Counted from the first letter of the stretch, positions 37,292-47,946 are shown. The stretch is 57,865 nucleotides of DNA from a virus (IMGVR_UViG_3300030101_004515:1-57865), one strand, 5' to 3'. Numbers and translations: made by a program. The notes: a model not told the origin generated them from the sequence alone.

Positions 37292-37340
37292 AATATAATA
37301 TAATAATTTATTCTTTTACTAAAGGTAAGAATAATTAACC

Positions 37341-37658
37341 TTATGATCCTTGATACGCAACTATTGTTCCCGAGTTTACGTCTATTTCAGTCCATCGACC
37401 GTAAATAGTGCATCCTTTAGGGAACGTAACGCTATCAACGACTATTCCGTTTGATCCAGCTCCAATGCCTTCAGTGTTAACGTACGCTGTAGCACTTTCC
37501 GCTACAAGCCCGCTTGCGCTGTCAAATACAGTATCAGTTAGCATTGTTATAGCTACAAAAACATTTCCTGAATCAGGTGTTATTGCAGATGAACTTGCTG
37601 TTGTGTAAGTTGAACCGTTTATACTTCCGGTCCAATCATTTCTTGGTACTTTGCTCAT
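37341..37658 (-). CDS. small beta-rich virion protein
   Basis: ORF track; FPKGCTIYGRWTEIDVNSGTIVAY. Confidence 0.6.
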   Translation of the reverse strand: MSKVPRNDWTGSINGSTYTTASSSAITPDSGNVFVAITMLTDTVFDSASGLVAESATAYVNTEGIGAGSNGIVVDSVTFPKGCTIYGRWTEIDVNSGTIVAYQGS

Positions 37659-37676
37659 GTTTTATTTATTTAATTG

Positions 37677-40100
37677 TTATCTAGGTTCAAATTGTTCTAA
37701 ACCAAATCCTCCTAAATTATCAAACCCACTTGATTCAAAATTTTTCGGAGGCGTGTTATTTTTTCTTTGCTCTATCAATTCAGACTGTTGAGTTGCCTGT
37801 ATTTTAGTTCTTTCGTCTTTTCTATCTTCACGGAACTTGTCTTTATCATTAATCACTCGTAAATCCATTTCTTTAAGCTTCACGTTTAACTGAAACTCGT
37901 GTAGCATAAGCTCTTTCTTAATAGCCGCCTCTCTTTCTAATTTTTTAATATCAAACTCTGTTTGAGCTTGATTCATTTTTACTTTATTTTCAGTCATTAC
38001 TTGATTCTTTTGAATATCTACAGCGGCAGCAGCTTCAGCAGCTTTTGCATTCGACTCAGACTGCAATTCTATATTTCTTCTTGAAACAGCTTGATCTCTT
38101 TCCTGCTTTTTTCTTTTTCTTAATTTTAATAGCTCATTAGCAAGCTTTAAATTTTTGATATTTCTTACATCAATTGCGTCTTCAAGATTAATCTGTTCTT
38201 TTTGCAATGAGACTTGTATGTTATTTTCTAATAGCTGCTTTTCTTCTTCGTCAGGTGTTAATTCTAAAAATATTCCAAAATCATGCAAATGCAATTCTTG
38301 TACTTCCTCTAAATTAGCAACATTAAATCTTCCTAAAGAATTTATAAAAGAATTTTTTGTATTAGCAAATTCTAAAACATCCGAAATACGCAAACTAATA
38401 GCTTCCGCTGTTTTTAAAGAAAGATATAATCCTGATTGTAATACGTGCCTTGTTGCCGTATTAGAATTAGCAGCAGCTAATTTTTGCAATCCAACTAAAG
38501 AGTTTTTATCAGGTAATGATCCGTCTCTTGCTTCATTCAACCCTGTTACATCTCTCATATTTTGTAAATAGTAATTATATGCTGTAATAAGAGATTGAAT
38601 TTTACCCCCACCATTTCCGCTTTGTAATTCCTGTATTGGAACTCTTCCGTTATTAAACTCTCCATCTTGTGTCATTGATCTTCCAATAACAGACCCTGTT
38701 TGAAAAAACATATTCAAAGCTTCTTGAGGATTATAATTAGTTCCATTCCCTAAATCAACTTCAGCAATACCATCTGCATCTAAGAATACTCCATCTGGCA
38801 CCATTCTTGATAAAACTTGCTGTAACTTTAAATGTGTTAATTGAATCATGTCTGCGAATGTTGTCATTCTACTAACAAGTGATTCTAATCTACCCTTATA
38901 CATTCTGGGCGCTACGATATTATAAGACATTTGAACTTTTGTAGTATCAGACTTAGGCCTTGTCATATTTTCCGCCATTTGCCAACTTAAAATATTTTCA
39001 CTACCAATTATTTTTGCCCCACAATATAAAACCTCAATAGCCCTATCTACTTTTTCAAATCTTGATCTTTGATCAGCAGGAGGGTTAAAGGTGTCATCTT
39101 TTTTAATTGCTTTTTTACCGCCAGAAACAGTTTCTTTAATTTTATAAGTCTGGCTTCTATATGTTTTATACTCAAAGTATAACACATAAACGTATCCATC
39201 GTCGTCTCCGTCTAACGCTCCGTATGATTTATTATATAGAAGAGCTCCTGAGCCTAACCCGTTATCTTCTATATTTTTTATCTCTTCATCAGTTATTTCT
39301 GGAAATTGTTTTTTAAGCTCTACTATGCTCAGTTTTTTTATTTCTCCCACATAATATAAATCATCAAAGTAAGGTGATTCCGTAAAGGAATAAACTATAT
39401 CAGCTGGATCAACGTAATTTATAGTTATTCCTTCTGCTTTGTTAAATCCATTTTTTGCACAAGCCATTCCTATAACCGCTATATCATAATCAAGTCGCTT
39501 CTTTGTTAACTCATATTTATTTTTATCCATAACATTATTTATGGCTTCTTCTTGCGCTATTTCAATTCCTTGCTTATATTCAAGTTGCATATGAACACTA
39601 AGTTCATTTTCATCATAAGGAAGTTTTGTGGGATCTGTTTTATAAATATCTACGCCTAATCTGGTTTGTACCGCATCAATATACTCTTTTGATTTCATGT
39701 CTCTGAGTATATTTGACATATAGTTATTTCTTTTTTCGATTGAACTTGGATCTTGTGAATACGCCTTTATATCATAAGTTCTTTCTGCAATACCATTTAC
39801 TACTATGTCTACAAACTTTGGAATGATAGGTACAGGTTTCCAATCTAAATTTAAATAAGATAAATCTCCATTTATTGAAAGTTCATCTTTATACTTTTGT
39901 ATTGATTGCTCTCCCCTTGCATACAATCTTAATCTATGAAAGTTTTCACGATTAGACTGATACCTTGAAGTACCGGAATCCTTTTTAAACCATTCCGATT
40001 CAATAGCTCTCCCTATCTTCTTACCATACTCTATGCTAGCTTTTTCTGCGTCAGATACTGACATACTCGGAAATAATCCTGTTGGGTGTGACTTTGCCAT
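37677..40100 (-). CDS. portal protein
   Basis: 807 aa, directly after the terminase; LDWKPVPIIPKFVDIVVNG, RDVTGLNEARDG, coiled-coil C-terminus. Confidence 0.85.
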   Translation of the reverse strand: MAKSHPTGLFPSMSVSDAEKASIEYGKKIGRAIESEWFKKDSGTSRYQSNRENFHRLRLYARGEQSIQKYKDELSINGDLSYLNLDWKPVPIIPKFVDIVVNGIAERTYDIKAYSQDPSSIEKRNNYMSNILRDMKSKEYIDAVQTRLGVDIYKTDPTKLPYDENELSVHMQLEYKQGIEIAQEEAINNVMDKNKYELTKKRLDYDIAVIGMACAKNGFNKAEGITINYVDPADIVYSFTESPYFDDLYYVGEIKKLSIVELKKQFPEITDEEIKNIEDNGLGSGALLYNKSYGALDGDDDGYVYVLYFEYKTYRSQTYKIKETVSGGKKAIKKDDTFNPPADQRSRFEKVDRAIEVLYCGAKIIGSENILSWQMAENMTRPKSDTTKVQMSYNIVAPRMYKGRLESLVSRMTTFADMIQLTHLKLQQVLSRMVPDGVFLDADGIAEVDLGNGTNYNPQEALNMFFQTGSVIGRSMTQDGEFNNGRVPIQELQSGNGGGKIQSLITAYNYYLQNMRDVTGLNEARDGSLPDKNSLVGLQKLAAANSNTATRHVLQSGLYLSLKTAEAISLRISDVLEFANTKNSFINSLGRFNVANLEEVQELHLHDFGIFLELTPDEEEKQLLENNIQVSLQKEQINLEDAIDVRNIKNLKLANELLKLRKRKKQERDQAVSRRNIELQSESNAKAAEAAAAVDIQKNQVMTENKVKMNQAQTEFDIKKLEREAAIKKELMLHEFQLNVKLKEMDLRVINDKDKFREDRKDERTKIQATQQSELIEQRKNNTPPKNFESSGFDNLGGFGLEQFEPR

Positions 40101-42317
40101 TTACTTTAATATTTTTGATAAACTACCTTGATTATTATATTTTTTAAATTCAAACTCTAATTTTCTTTTTGTTCTTATTGCGGCGGGAGCATACATGTTT
40201 TTATTACATGCCATGATTGCGAGCCCTGAGCTTATTGCCGCATCAAACTTTGTTCTTTTATTTATATCAAACAAAGCCCAGTCATTAAGCGTGCGATCGA
40301 AATACAGATCCCCATAGTTATTGTCTTCTTTCAATCCTACGTGCTTGTCTATATATGATTCTATAGCCGCTGCGTGAGCTTGTCTAATATCTTCTGAGGA
40401 GTTTGGTATACCTCCTATTTCTTTTTCGGCAACCGATAATTTATTATAATTCTTATCGGGCCTGTTCATTGAATATCCTCTATAGCCTCTTCTTTTCAAA
40501 TAATACAGAAGTCTCGGCTTGTTGTTTTCTGCTAACAAAGGCATTCCGTAAAATACCAGCGCCATCAACACATCTTCGAAAAACATTTCTGCTGTTGGCG
40601 GTCTTGATACATATTCAAGAAAAAAACTATTAGAGGGGGCCTCATCTAAGCTAAACTTAGTTAATCCATGTAAAGCTCCTTTAGATCCTTGACCATCAGT
40701 CGTGCCGGATATATCGTAGCTATCACATCCAAAAGCCCCCAAGTGTTCATTTCCGGGATACTTTCGTCCGCTTCTATTAATTACAATGTTCTGCATATGT
40801 ACAGGTGGAATCCAGGAAACATTAAATCTTCCATTCAAATCGGGCATAAATATAACTTTGCTGTCTTTTATACCGTTTTCCCATTGAAAGTTTCCTTTCG
40901 ACACCAAGCCTGAGCCTTTCAAGTCGCCATTGTAATCTATTTGTTCGTATATCTTTTGTAGGTTAAATATACTGTTTTTTGTTTCGTCTCTAAACGCATG
41001 CTCTTCTGTACGCGGAAATTGACGATAAAATTCGTTTAAAGCGTCTTGATCGTTTTTAAGACCATCTGCTTCGTTTTGCCAGTGCTCAATAACTCCTGTT
41101 CCAATTGTTTCTCCAAAATTGTCGCGAGCGCTAACATCTCCAGATTCAAAGACAGGCAATCCGCAATCGTCGATAAATCCTTCGTAGTTCCATTCCATAG
41201 GTATGAATAAGCTATATAATCCAGAGCTTGTTTGTCCATTCCTGTTTCTCTTAGTAACGTCTGATGCATAGTATAATTTTTTAAAGTTATCACCACCCTT
41301 ATCTAAAGAGTTTGATGTTGAACCCATCATACACTTTCCTATAATCCTGCTTCCTAGCCTCAGGGTTGTTTTTGTTACACGCCAGTTGTTCAATATGTTA
41401 TCGGGTCTTTCCCATTTACCGGACTCATCGTGAACCAACAGCTTTAGCTTTTCACCGTCATATGAGTTGTCTCCCGTGTTCTTCCAGTCTATTGTTGTAT
41501 CGAGCCCTTCGAGCGCTTCGGGCTTGGCGGCGCCGGTTGCACTGATGGACTTCCTAGTGAGCTTGGAGGCTGGTACCCTGAATGCGAGCTCGGTCTTGGG
41601 CCTATCCATTCCGTCTTGTATGGGCTTGAAGAAAAAGGGGTAGTGTACTGATATTGGTACCACCTTGTCGGTAAACATCTTCTTTGCATCTCCACCAGTT
41701 TTAGATAAGATCCCGAATCTAGAATCAGACGATATGGTAGCCTGGTTAACCGTTTCAGCGCTTGACATGAATGAAAATCCACTACGCCTGTTCTTAAGAT
41801 AGCAAATTCCATAGCATCTATCGTCTGCCTTGCAAGCTTCCCAGAATATGAAGAATAATCTGTTTGCTTCTCTAAACTCTGGCTTCCCAACATCAATCTT
41901 GGACCACTGCAGGTAGACATAGTGAGAACCAGTAATGTAAGTGCTACGACCTTTGTTGCGAAACCAAAAGCCTTCTTCGCGCCTAGTAAATTCTCTATCG
42001 ATGTACCCATACCAATTTTCTTTTAAGTTATCAGGATATTCTTTCCAATCGAATATCGTTTTGAGACGCCTGAGCTGCTCGGGGTATTCATGCGCAACCC
42101 ATTTGTCGTTTTCTTTATCAACATCTTTTTCAGCAGGCAAAGCTATTCTAAGGTTCTGTATTTCGTATATCTCTCCTATCTTGCCTGTTTTGCTTATGAC
42201 TACTACGTCATGTTCTTCGTTATAACCGTACTTCCATTTCTTCCCTTTGTTTAGCCTGCTTATGGTCGTCTTCTTTATAGGCTCGATGATCTTGTATAAT
42301 GTTTGCTGATACGCCAT
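40101..42317 (-). CDS. terminase large subunit
   Basis: LKNRRSGFS Walker A variant, LLVHDESGKW Walker B, GCDSYD nuclease motif, AENNKP, FDAAISSG. Confidence 0.9.
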   Translation of the reverse strand: MAYQQTLYKIIEPIKKTTISRLNKGKKWKYGYNEEHDVVVISKTGKIGEIYEIQNLRIALPAEKDVDKENDKWVAHEYPEQLRRLKTIFDWKEYPDNLKENWYGYIDREFTRREEGFWFRNKGRSTYITGSHYVYLQWSKIDVGKPEFREANRLFFIFWEACKADDRCYGICYLKNRRSGFSFMSSAETVNQATISSDSRFGILSKTGGDAKKMFTDKVVPISVHYPFFFKPIQDGMDRPKTELAFRVPASKLTRKSISATGAAKPEALEGLDTTIDWKNTGDNSYDGEKLKLLVHDESGKWERPDNILNNWRVTKTTLRLGSRIIGKCMMGSTSNSLDKGGDNFKKLYYASDVTKRNRNGQTSSGLYSLFIPMEWNYEGFIDDCGLPVFESGDVSARDNFGETIGTGVIEHWQNEADGLKNDQDALNEFYRQFPRTEEHAFRDETKNSIFNLQKIYEQIDYNGDLKGSGLVSKGNFQWENGIKDSKVIFMPDLNGRFNVSWIPPVHMQNIVINRSGRKYPGNEHLGAFGCDSYDISGTTDGQGSKGALHGLTKFSLDEAPSNSFFLEYVSRPPTAEMFFEDVLMALVFYGMPLLAENNKPRLLYYLKRRGYRGYSMNRPDKNYNKLSVAEKEIGGIPNSSEDIRQAHAAAIESYIDKHVGLKEDNNYGDLYFDRTLNDWALFDINKRTKFDAAISSGLAIMACNKNMYAPAAIRTKRKLEFEFKKYNNQGSLSKILK

Positions 42318-42589
42318 TACTTAGATTTTTTTTCTGCAAAGCCCGAAAACGAGTTCTCTTTTGCTTGCACCGGCTTGTTTTCAAGCAAGCTCTTTTCGGT
42401 TTCAATTCTGTTAAGAATCTCGAAAGCGTCGAATATTGCAAGCTTCTTTGTAGCGGCCGCGTTCTTTAATCTATCAGCGGAAACGTCGTCTTCTGTTTGC
42501 ACTATAGCCTCTTTGGCGACCTTTACTAACTCGTCAACGGCTCTATAGCCAGCTTGGATTATACTCTCTTTCTTTTTCTTTATATCCAT
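42317..42589 (-). CDS. putative terminase small subunit
   Basis: Small helical ORF coupled directly upstream of the large subunit. Confidence 0.5.
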   Translation of the reverse strand: MDIKKKKESIIQAGYRAVDELVKVAKEAIVQTEDDVSADRLKNAAATKKLAIFDAFEILNRIETEKSLLENKPVQAKENSFSGFAEKKSK

Positions 42590-43130
42590 AACGTATAGAT
42601 ATTTCGTTGTTAATTACCCTGTACAGCCTTTCGCCTTCTATAATAAACTCGTATTCGCTGTCCGGAGTAAAGCCTATTTTTTCATTTACCTTAAAATCAC
42701 CAGTATCGTCTACGTACTTAATAATTCCTATCAATGACATCTCCTTGCTTGTTGAAAACTCATTATCGTTGACCAGCGGTTTTACGAAACTGAACCCGCG
42801 ATTCGCCTTCCATACGCCATCGCGCTTGTAAAGAAATATTTGCTCAAGCTCGCAGAAGTACAGATTATCTTTGAAATAACTTTTACTATTGCGCTCAATG
42901 CCTCTAACGTCATGCCAACGACGAAATATATTATGATGCACATAAAGAACATCACCTCTGTTAATATGTGTATCACGTGCTATAGGTGTTTCGTAAACTA
43001 TTGCTTCACGACTTACAAACTTGTGATCGGATATATCGGTGTTTAATATCAGCTCCTTGTCTCCGACCTTTTTAGTATTGTCGTATCTTTCTTTTTTAGG
43101 TTTGATTAAAAAGGAATATATCGGTTTCAT
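42543..43130 (-). CDS. GroES-like protein (apparently two tandem GroES-like units)
   Basis: MKPIYSFLIKP...ELIL...AIV..TP...GDVLYV, then FVKP...GIIKY...EKIGF...EFIIEGERLYRV. Confidence 0.5.
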   Translation of the reverse strand: MKPIYSFLIKPKKERYDNTKKVGDKELILNTDISDHKFVSREAIVYETPIARDTHINRGDVLYVHHNIFRRWHDVRGIERNSKSYFKDNLYFCELEQIFLYKRDGVWKANRGFSFVKPLVNDNEFSTSKEMSLIGIIKYVDDTGDFKVNEKIGFTPDSEYEFIIEGERLYRVINNEISIRYGYKEKEREYNPSWL

Positions 43131-43351
43131 TAATACTGTAAGTTATACTCGACGGATATTGCCATGTTCTTGTTAAAGCTTTTCCAGGGTAATACGTCGG
43201 TGCCCTTCTTTATGTAAATAGAGTACTTGTCCTTTTCCTCTATTATGTCACATATTGTATGACCCCCGTAAACGTCCTGCCCTACGGCGTAATGCATCGC
43301 ATCTGTCTTGTAGTTTTTTCCAATACTAATCTTTCTTATCAGCTTGCTCAT
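43130..43351 (-). CDS. hypothetical protein
   Basis: MSKLIRKISIGKNYK...; start at 43351. Confidence 0.65.
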   Translation of the reverse strand: MSKLIRKISIGKNYKTDAMHYAVGQDVYGGHTICDIIEEKDKYSIYIKKGTDVLPWKSFNKNMAISVEYNLQY

Positions 43352-43586
43352 CTGTTTCTTCTGTTTCAGTGAGGCTACCATCTTCTACGTTAATGCTAAC
43401 ATTACCGTATGTTTCTTTCAATTCCATCTGCATCGTTCTGAGTTCCTCGCGAACCGTATCGAATGCTTTTAAGACTTTATTATGATCTACAGCTAAAGCT
43501 CCTAGCTTATACTGAAGATTGTTTAAAACTGATATTTTAGCCTGAAGTTGCTCAAGCTCCTCTTTTGTTATTTTATTTTTTGACAT
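43326..43586 (-). CDS. small coiled-coil protein
   Basis: ORF track; ends YGNVSINVEDG. Confidence 0.65.
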   Translation of the reverse strand: MSKNKITKEELEQLQAKISVLNNLQYKLGALAVDHNKVLKAFDTVREELRTMQMELKETYGNVSINVEDGSLTETEETDEQADKKD

Positions 43587-43629
43587 TTTATTTAATTTAA
43601 TTTGATTACACTATATACGAATATAGTGC

Positions 43630-43845
43630 TTATTCCTTTATCTTACGCGTCCACACCACACTGAGAGTGATAACCCCTAACGCGCATTGAAGCGTCGTAT
43701 CATATGTACCATCGTCAAATTCTTGGTGGCTGTAAAGAAAGCCCACCATAAATCCTATTATGGGTCCGATGGTTATTTCAGCGTTTTTTATCTGCCCTAT
43801 TATTAATAGCAGCGTGAATATTCCTAATAATATATAAACTATCAT
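43630..43845 (-). CDS. small membrane protein
   Basis: Two to three hydrophobic segments. Confidence 0.6.
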   Translation of the reverse strand: MIVYILLGIFTLLLIIGQIKNAEITIGPIIGFMVGFLYSHQEFDDGTYDTTLQCALGVITLSVVWTRKIKE

Positions 43846-43846
43846 T

Positions 43847-45040
43847 TTACGTTTGCGATGTATCGTAATATATTAAATCACCCCCTATTGCGAATATGGA
43901 ATAAACCCTTCCGCTATAATTGAACGGCGATTCAGTACAGTTAAGTTGAAATGTATTAGAGCTATGATTTGCGCGCATTGACTCGCTTCCTAAACTACCC
44001 CCTGTTGGTGTACCTGGACTGTCATCTGTTAAACTATTAATCCCCTGTTCCTTATCGTTATTATGCTCCGCGTCGGTCCATACTATAGATCCCGTTACGG
44101 GGGTTCCTGAGTTACGCCTGTATGCGTGCGCCATTGACATATCATTCGGTGACCCAATAAATGCTACCAGCGGGTCAAAATCCGCGGTTAATACAGTTCT
44201 TCCTGAAGATGAACTATTTCCGGTATAGCCCGCATGAGCCATAAACCCTGACTTAGGCGCAAAGGCATATATTACGTAGTCTCCGCCACTCGTTCCCCCT
44301 AAGTTGTCAGAGGAATGTACTGAAATTGTCGAACTGGTTGCTGTAAGGTGGCTGGAACTACTGTCAAGTGGCCTGTCGAACATATGCGAACTATACCCAG
44401 CATCTCCTTTATATTCTGAATTTACGAAATCATACATTGTGCTTCCTTGCTTGCCTTCATATTTTAGAGTAGGATATGATGTTGGATCTAAAGAAGAGTC
44501 TATTCTCATACACGTCATAAACGTAGGGGCTGCGCTAAGCCCATGCCCTATGGTAGTAGAAGAGCCTCCCGAGGTAAAAAATATTTTAGAATAATTTCCA
44601 TCCGCGTTCGCGTAAACGGTAGCTGTTGTATTGCCGTCGTTATTTGTTGCTCCCGAAGCGGCTGTCTGAAAAGCTATCCCAACGTAATCTGAATTTCCAT
44701 CAAAATACGTCGCTTCCGGTTTTTCATAATTTTGATAATCATTTCTTGCTTTTAACGTGAATCCATCAGAGTTCCATGTGATAATGCTTTTGTCCTGCCT
44801 AAACATTCCTTTCTGGCTTGCGAACACGAATGTTTCATCTGAACCAGGATATGCTTTATCAATTATATAAGTATAGTTTTTGGCTCCACTATTATTTTTA
44901 TTTGGAAATATCCATATCAAATCTGGCTCCATATTGGTTACAATGGTACGGTCATTAGATGTTTCTCCTCCTGTATAAAGAAAAAGACCCGCTATAAAGT
45001 TTGCGGATGATGTATTAAACGTTTTTTTATTCAAACTCAT
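43847..45040 (-). CDS. virion/tail-associated beta-rich protein
   Basis: YTGG...EPDLIWI, SDGFTL, TIGHGLSAAP, YTGNSSS motifs typical of marine phage virion proteins. Confidence 0.6.
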   Translation of the reverse strand: MSLNKKTFNTSSANFIAGLFLYTGGETSNDRTIVTNMEPDLIWIFPNKNNSGAKNYTYIIDKAYPGSDETFVFASQKGMFRQDKSIITWNSDGFTLKARNDYQNYEKPEATYFDGNSDYVGIAFQTAASGATNNDGNTTATVYANADGNYSKIFFTSGGSSTTIGHGLSAAPTFMTCMRIDSSLDPTSYPTLKYEGKQGSTMYDFVNSEYKGDAGYSSHMFDRPLDSSSSHLTATSSTISVHSSDNLGGTSGGDYVIYAFAPKSGFMAHAGYTGNSSSSGRTVLTADFDPLVAFIGSPNDMSMAHAYRRNSGTPVTGSIVWTDAEHNNDKEQGINSLTDDSPGTPTGGSLGSESMRANHSSNTFQLNCTESPFNYSGRVYSIFAIGGDLIYYDTSQT

Positions 45041-45482
45041 AGCTTACTACGCTCCCTTTAGTTGTTAGCCCATTTATTTCAGACTCTTTAGTATTATGAT
45101 GATTCAAAATTTCTGATCTTTCACTTTGAATGCTTTCAGGTATATCGATACTTCTTTCAAATTTTCTTGTGACATACCAGTCAGTATCAGATAATTTATA
45201 ATTTGTATACTCCCTAAGCGCTTTCATTTTATTTTCTTTTAACTCTTCTAAGGTTTCAACAAACTCAATATCGTTTACCTCGTAAGTAAAATTATTTGTA
45301 TCAAAATAAATGCTGCCTAAATTTTGGGTTGAAGAATCGTATTCAGGTTTTACTACGGTATAAAAGCCATAAGCCTCAGCCTCTTCGGCTGATAAAGTAT
45401 TGAAGCCTCCAATAACGTTACCCCACGATTTCGGTAGCTCGTTATATACTTTTATTTCTCCGTTTATTTCTATTGCGTACAT
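45027..45482 (-). CDS. putative tail fibre assembly chaperone
   Basis: LSDTDWYVTRKFE motif; lies next to fibre genes. Confidence 0.55.
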   Translation of the reverse strand: MYAIEINGEIKVYNELPKSWGNVIGGFNTLSAEEAEAYGFYTVVKPEYDSSTQNLGSIYFDTNNFTYEVNDIEFVETLEELKENKMKALREYTNYKLSDTDWYVTRKFERSIDIPESIQSERSEILNHHNTKESEINGLTTKGSVVSYEFE

Positions 45483-45499
45483 ATTTTTTTATTTATCTA

Positions 45500-46798
45500 T
45501 TAACTTGGTGTAGTGTCTGATGCATAAGTTGCTACCACATAATTAAATATAGCGTTGGCAGAATCGTCTATACATTCAACATGTATCATATTAGTTGTGC
45601 TGCCGTCGTAATCAACTCCCCCTACTTTATTAAATGTTTCACTTGTACCGGCGTCACTATCGAAAGTAATTGTTTGACTTCCTGTTAAGTTATAGAAAGT
45701 AATTACTTGTCCTTGCTTATAGTTTGTAAAATCAAACTCTATACCTCCCGATAAACTTGAGCCCATCTTGAATGTAGTACCAGCTGACCAGTCAATAGAA
45801 ACAGCGCCTGAATAAGTTGTAACATCCACTTTAGCCGTGTATCTATTCTCTATCTTCGCGTGTGTTACTTGATCATCTGCTATGTGTGCAGTATCTATTG
45901 AGCCATCAGTATAGTGTTCTGAGTTTACAGCATCATCCGCTAATTTAGCGCCAGTTATTGCGTCAGCTGCTATTTTAGCTGTAGTAACCTGCAAGTCTGC
46001 AATATGAGCCGTGTCAATTGAACCGTCTGTATAGTGTTCTGAGTCAACGGCATCATCAGCTATTTTCGATCCATCAATAGCATCACCTGCTATCATAGAA
46101 GAAGCTATAACTCCAGAACCTATAACAAAGTCTAAGGTGTTGTCAGAATCATCATAGGTAACAGCTATTCCAGTTTCCGTGTTGCTGCCGACCATAGCGC
46201 CAACCGTATCTGAAATCGTTTCGGCAAGCGTAGCGCCGTTAACTGTTATAGCGTCTGCTTCCAGTGTACCGTCTATATCTACATCGCCTGAAATATCGAG
46301 ACTCGAAGCTTCTATCTCTCCTGATGTTTTAAAAATAACATTATCACCACCATCAACTTCAAAGATAATTTGATTATCAGTACCGAACTTTATTTGGTTA
46401 TCAGCATCTCTTCCAAGTACAAGCGATGTGTTTAATACTGAAGTTATATTTGTTTGTGCTGCTGCAAGTGTTGCTGCACCTCCTGCCGCTAAAGTAACAT
46501 CACCGCTTATATTACCAAATATTGCATCTTCAAAATTTGATGTTGTTATTTTTGCAAGATTACCTGAATCAGATGTATCTGATAATATTACAAGATCATC
46601 TTGTGCGAAATCAGTTATAGCGTTTGCAAGTGAATCACCGTCAAGCTTATCCATATCTATAGCCGCGCCTGATGCAATTGACGCGTTTACTACGGCGTTT
46701 GCCGCTAACTCATCTGCACCTACCGCGTCGTCTGCAAGCTTTGCTTGTGTTACTGAATTGTCCGCTAATACGTTAGCTGTTACCTTTGTTGTTGCCAT
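45500..46798 (-). CDS. tail fibre protein
   Basis: ADDAV/TAKI pentapeptide-type repeats; shares a ~110-aa block with the long fibre. Confidence 0.75.
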   Translation of the reverse strand: MATTKVTANVLADNSVTQAKLADDAVGADELAANAVVNASIASGAAIDMDKLDGDSLANAITDFAQDDLVILSDTSDSGNLAKITTSNFEDAIFGNISGDVTLAAGGAATLAAAQTNITSVLNTSLVLGRDADNQIKFGTDNQIIFEVDGGDNVIFKTSGEIEASSLDISGDVDIDGTLEADAITVNGATLAETISDTVGAMVGSNTETGIAVTYDDSDNTLDFVIGSGVIASSMIAGDAIDGSKIADDAVDSEHYTDGSIDTAHIADLQVTTAKIAADAITGAKLADDAVNSEHYTDGSIDTAHIADDQVTHAKIENRYTAKVDVTTYSGAVSIDWSAGTTFKMGSSLSGGIEFDFTNYKQGQVITFYNLTGSQTITFDSDAGTSETFNKVGGVDYDGSTTNMIHVECIDDSANAIFNYVVATYASDTTPS

Positions 46799-46815
46799 TT
46801 ATTGTTTATTTATTT

Positions 46816-47943
46816 TTAACTCCATGTTAATGTTCCTGTTATGGTTGCCGTTATATTGCTTGCTCCTGTTTGAGACATAGCGTAAAACGCGTGCCCACTA
46901 TAGTTTGATTTAGTGCCCGGGCCCGGACTATAAAACCCTGATATACTACCCACGTTAGTTGGATATATATTAGTTGGCGATGAAACAGCATTATAATTTG
47001 TATATTCGTAAGTCTCATAGTCCGGACTCATACCAAACGACTGGAATATAGTACCGTTGTGCTGCCATCCAGCCGCGTCATTATATCCTGATCCTGAATT
47101 ATTACCATAGAGCATGTTAAATATTGTTCTTTGGTTAAATCTTGATCCCGAACTCAAACTACTAGGGTAAATGTTTTTAAAGTACGCATGACTCGAGCTA
47201 CCAGCAGAATATGCAAATACACCGCTACTTTGAAGGTTTGGAACGTTTTGCTCTATAGTATAATCCCCTTTGTTTCCGTTTATTCTTCTATTCATCTTAT
47301 GAGTAGTGAAATAACCTAACTGAGGGTGATTGTGCTGGCTTTGCATGTATGAACCCACTTTACCTGTTGATAAAAAGTCATTCCCATATTCTCTCCACCC
47401 GTGCGTAGTACCATGAGTCTGCATAACTGACCACTGATATTGAGTAGCCTGAGTAACGCTAACCGCTCTCTTGCCGCTTGCAGGCTCAGACGTCGTGCCC
47501 TCGCTATTTTGTGCTTTAACTATAACCTGATAGTCTTGATCGTCGTCGCCGTATTGGCTTGGAGGAGTTATAGTAATATTAGTGCTTTGGTTTCCGCTTG
47601 GCGGATTGCTCGCGCTTGTTATTGTTACCGTTTCATATAAGCTCCCCCCTAAAGCTGAGCTTTCATAAATTTCAACTTTTAAATTATAAGAACCGCTTGC
47701 GCCTCCCCAATTTATAGTATAGTTCATTGTTATATCGGTATAATCGCTACTTACACTATTGAATGACAAAGTAGGAGCTGTTACAGAACTATACCCGTAA
47801 AATTCAGATAACGCATCAGGTTGATCTTTTCCTGCGCTATTTGAAAGAGCCCTTAGGCTAACGTTACTGTCTGAGTCGTTTCCGTTGATTTCTTGGTTGA
47901 CATCTGCGCGTAATTGTATTTCACCTGATCCTGTAACTGGCAT
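46816..47943 (-). CDS. tail fibre-associated/receptor-binding protein
   Basis: MPVTGSGEIQL...LSEFYGYS N-terminal module followed by an Ig/FN3-like region. Confidence 0.6.
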   Translation of the reverse strand: MPVTGSGEIQLRADVNQEINGNDSDSNVSLRALSNSAGKDQPDALSEFYGYSSVTAPTLSFNSVSSDYTDITMNYTINWGGASGSYNLKVEIYESSALGGSLYETVTITSASNPPSGNQSTNITITPPSQYGDDDQDYQVIVKAQNSEGTTSEPASGKRAVSVTQATQYQWSVMQTHGTTHGWREYGNDFLSTGKVGSYMQSQHNHPQLGYFTTHKMNRRINGNKGDYTIEQNVPNLQSSGVFAYSAGSSSHAYFKNIYPSSLSSGSRFNQRTIFNMLYGNNSGSGYNDAAGWQHNGTIFQSFGMSPDYETYEYTNYNAVSSPTNIYPTNVGSISGFYSPGPGTKSNYSGHAFYAMSQTGASNITATITGTLTWS

Positions 47944-47946
47944 AAC

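Noticed and set aside
26222-43615. Late promoter candidate GYGTAAT on the minus strand (near 26230 and 43610)
   Set aside because: Only two short intergenic instances found; not distinguishable from chance without a motif search
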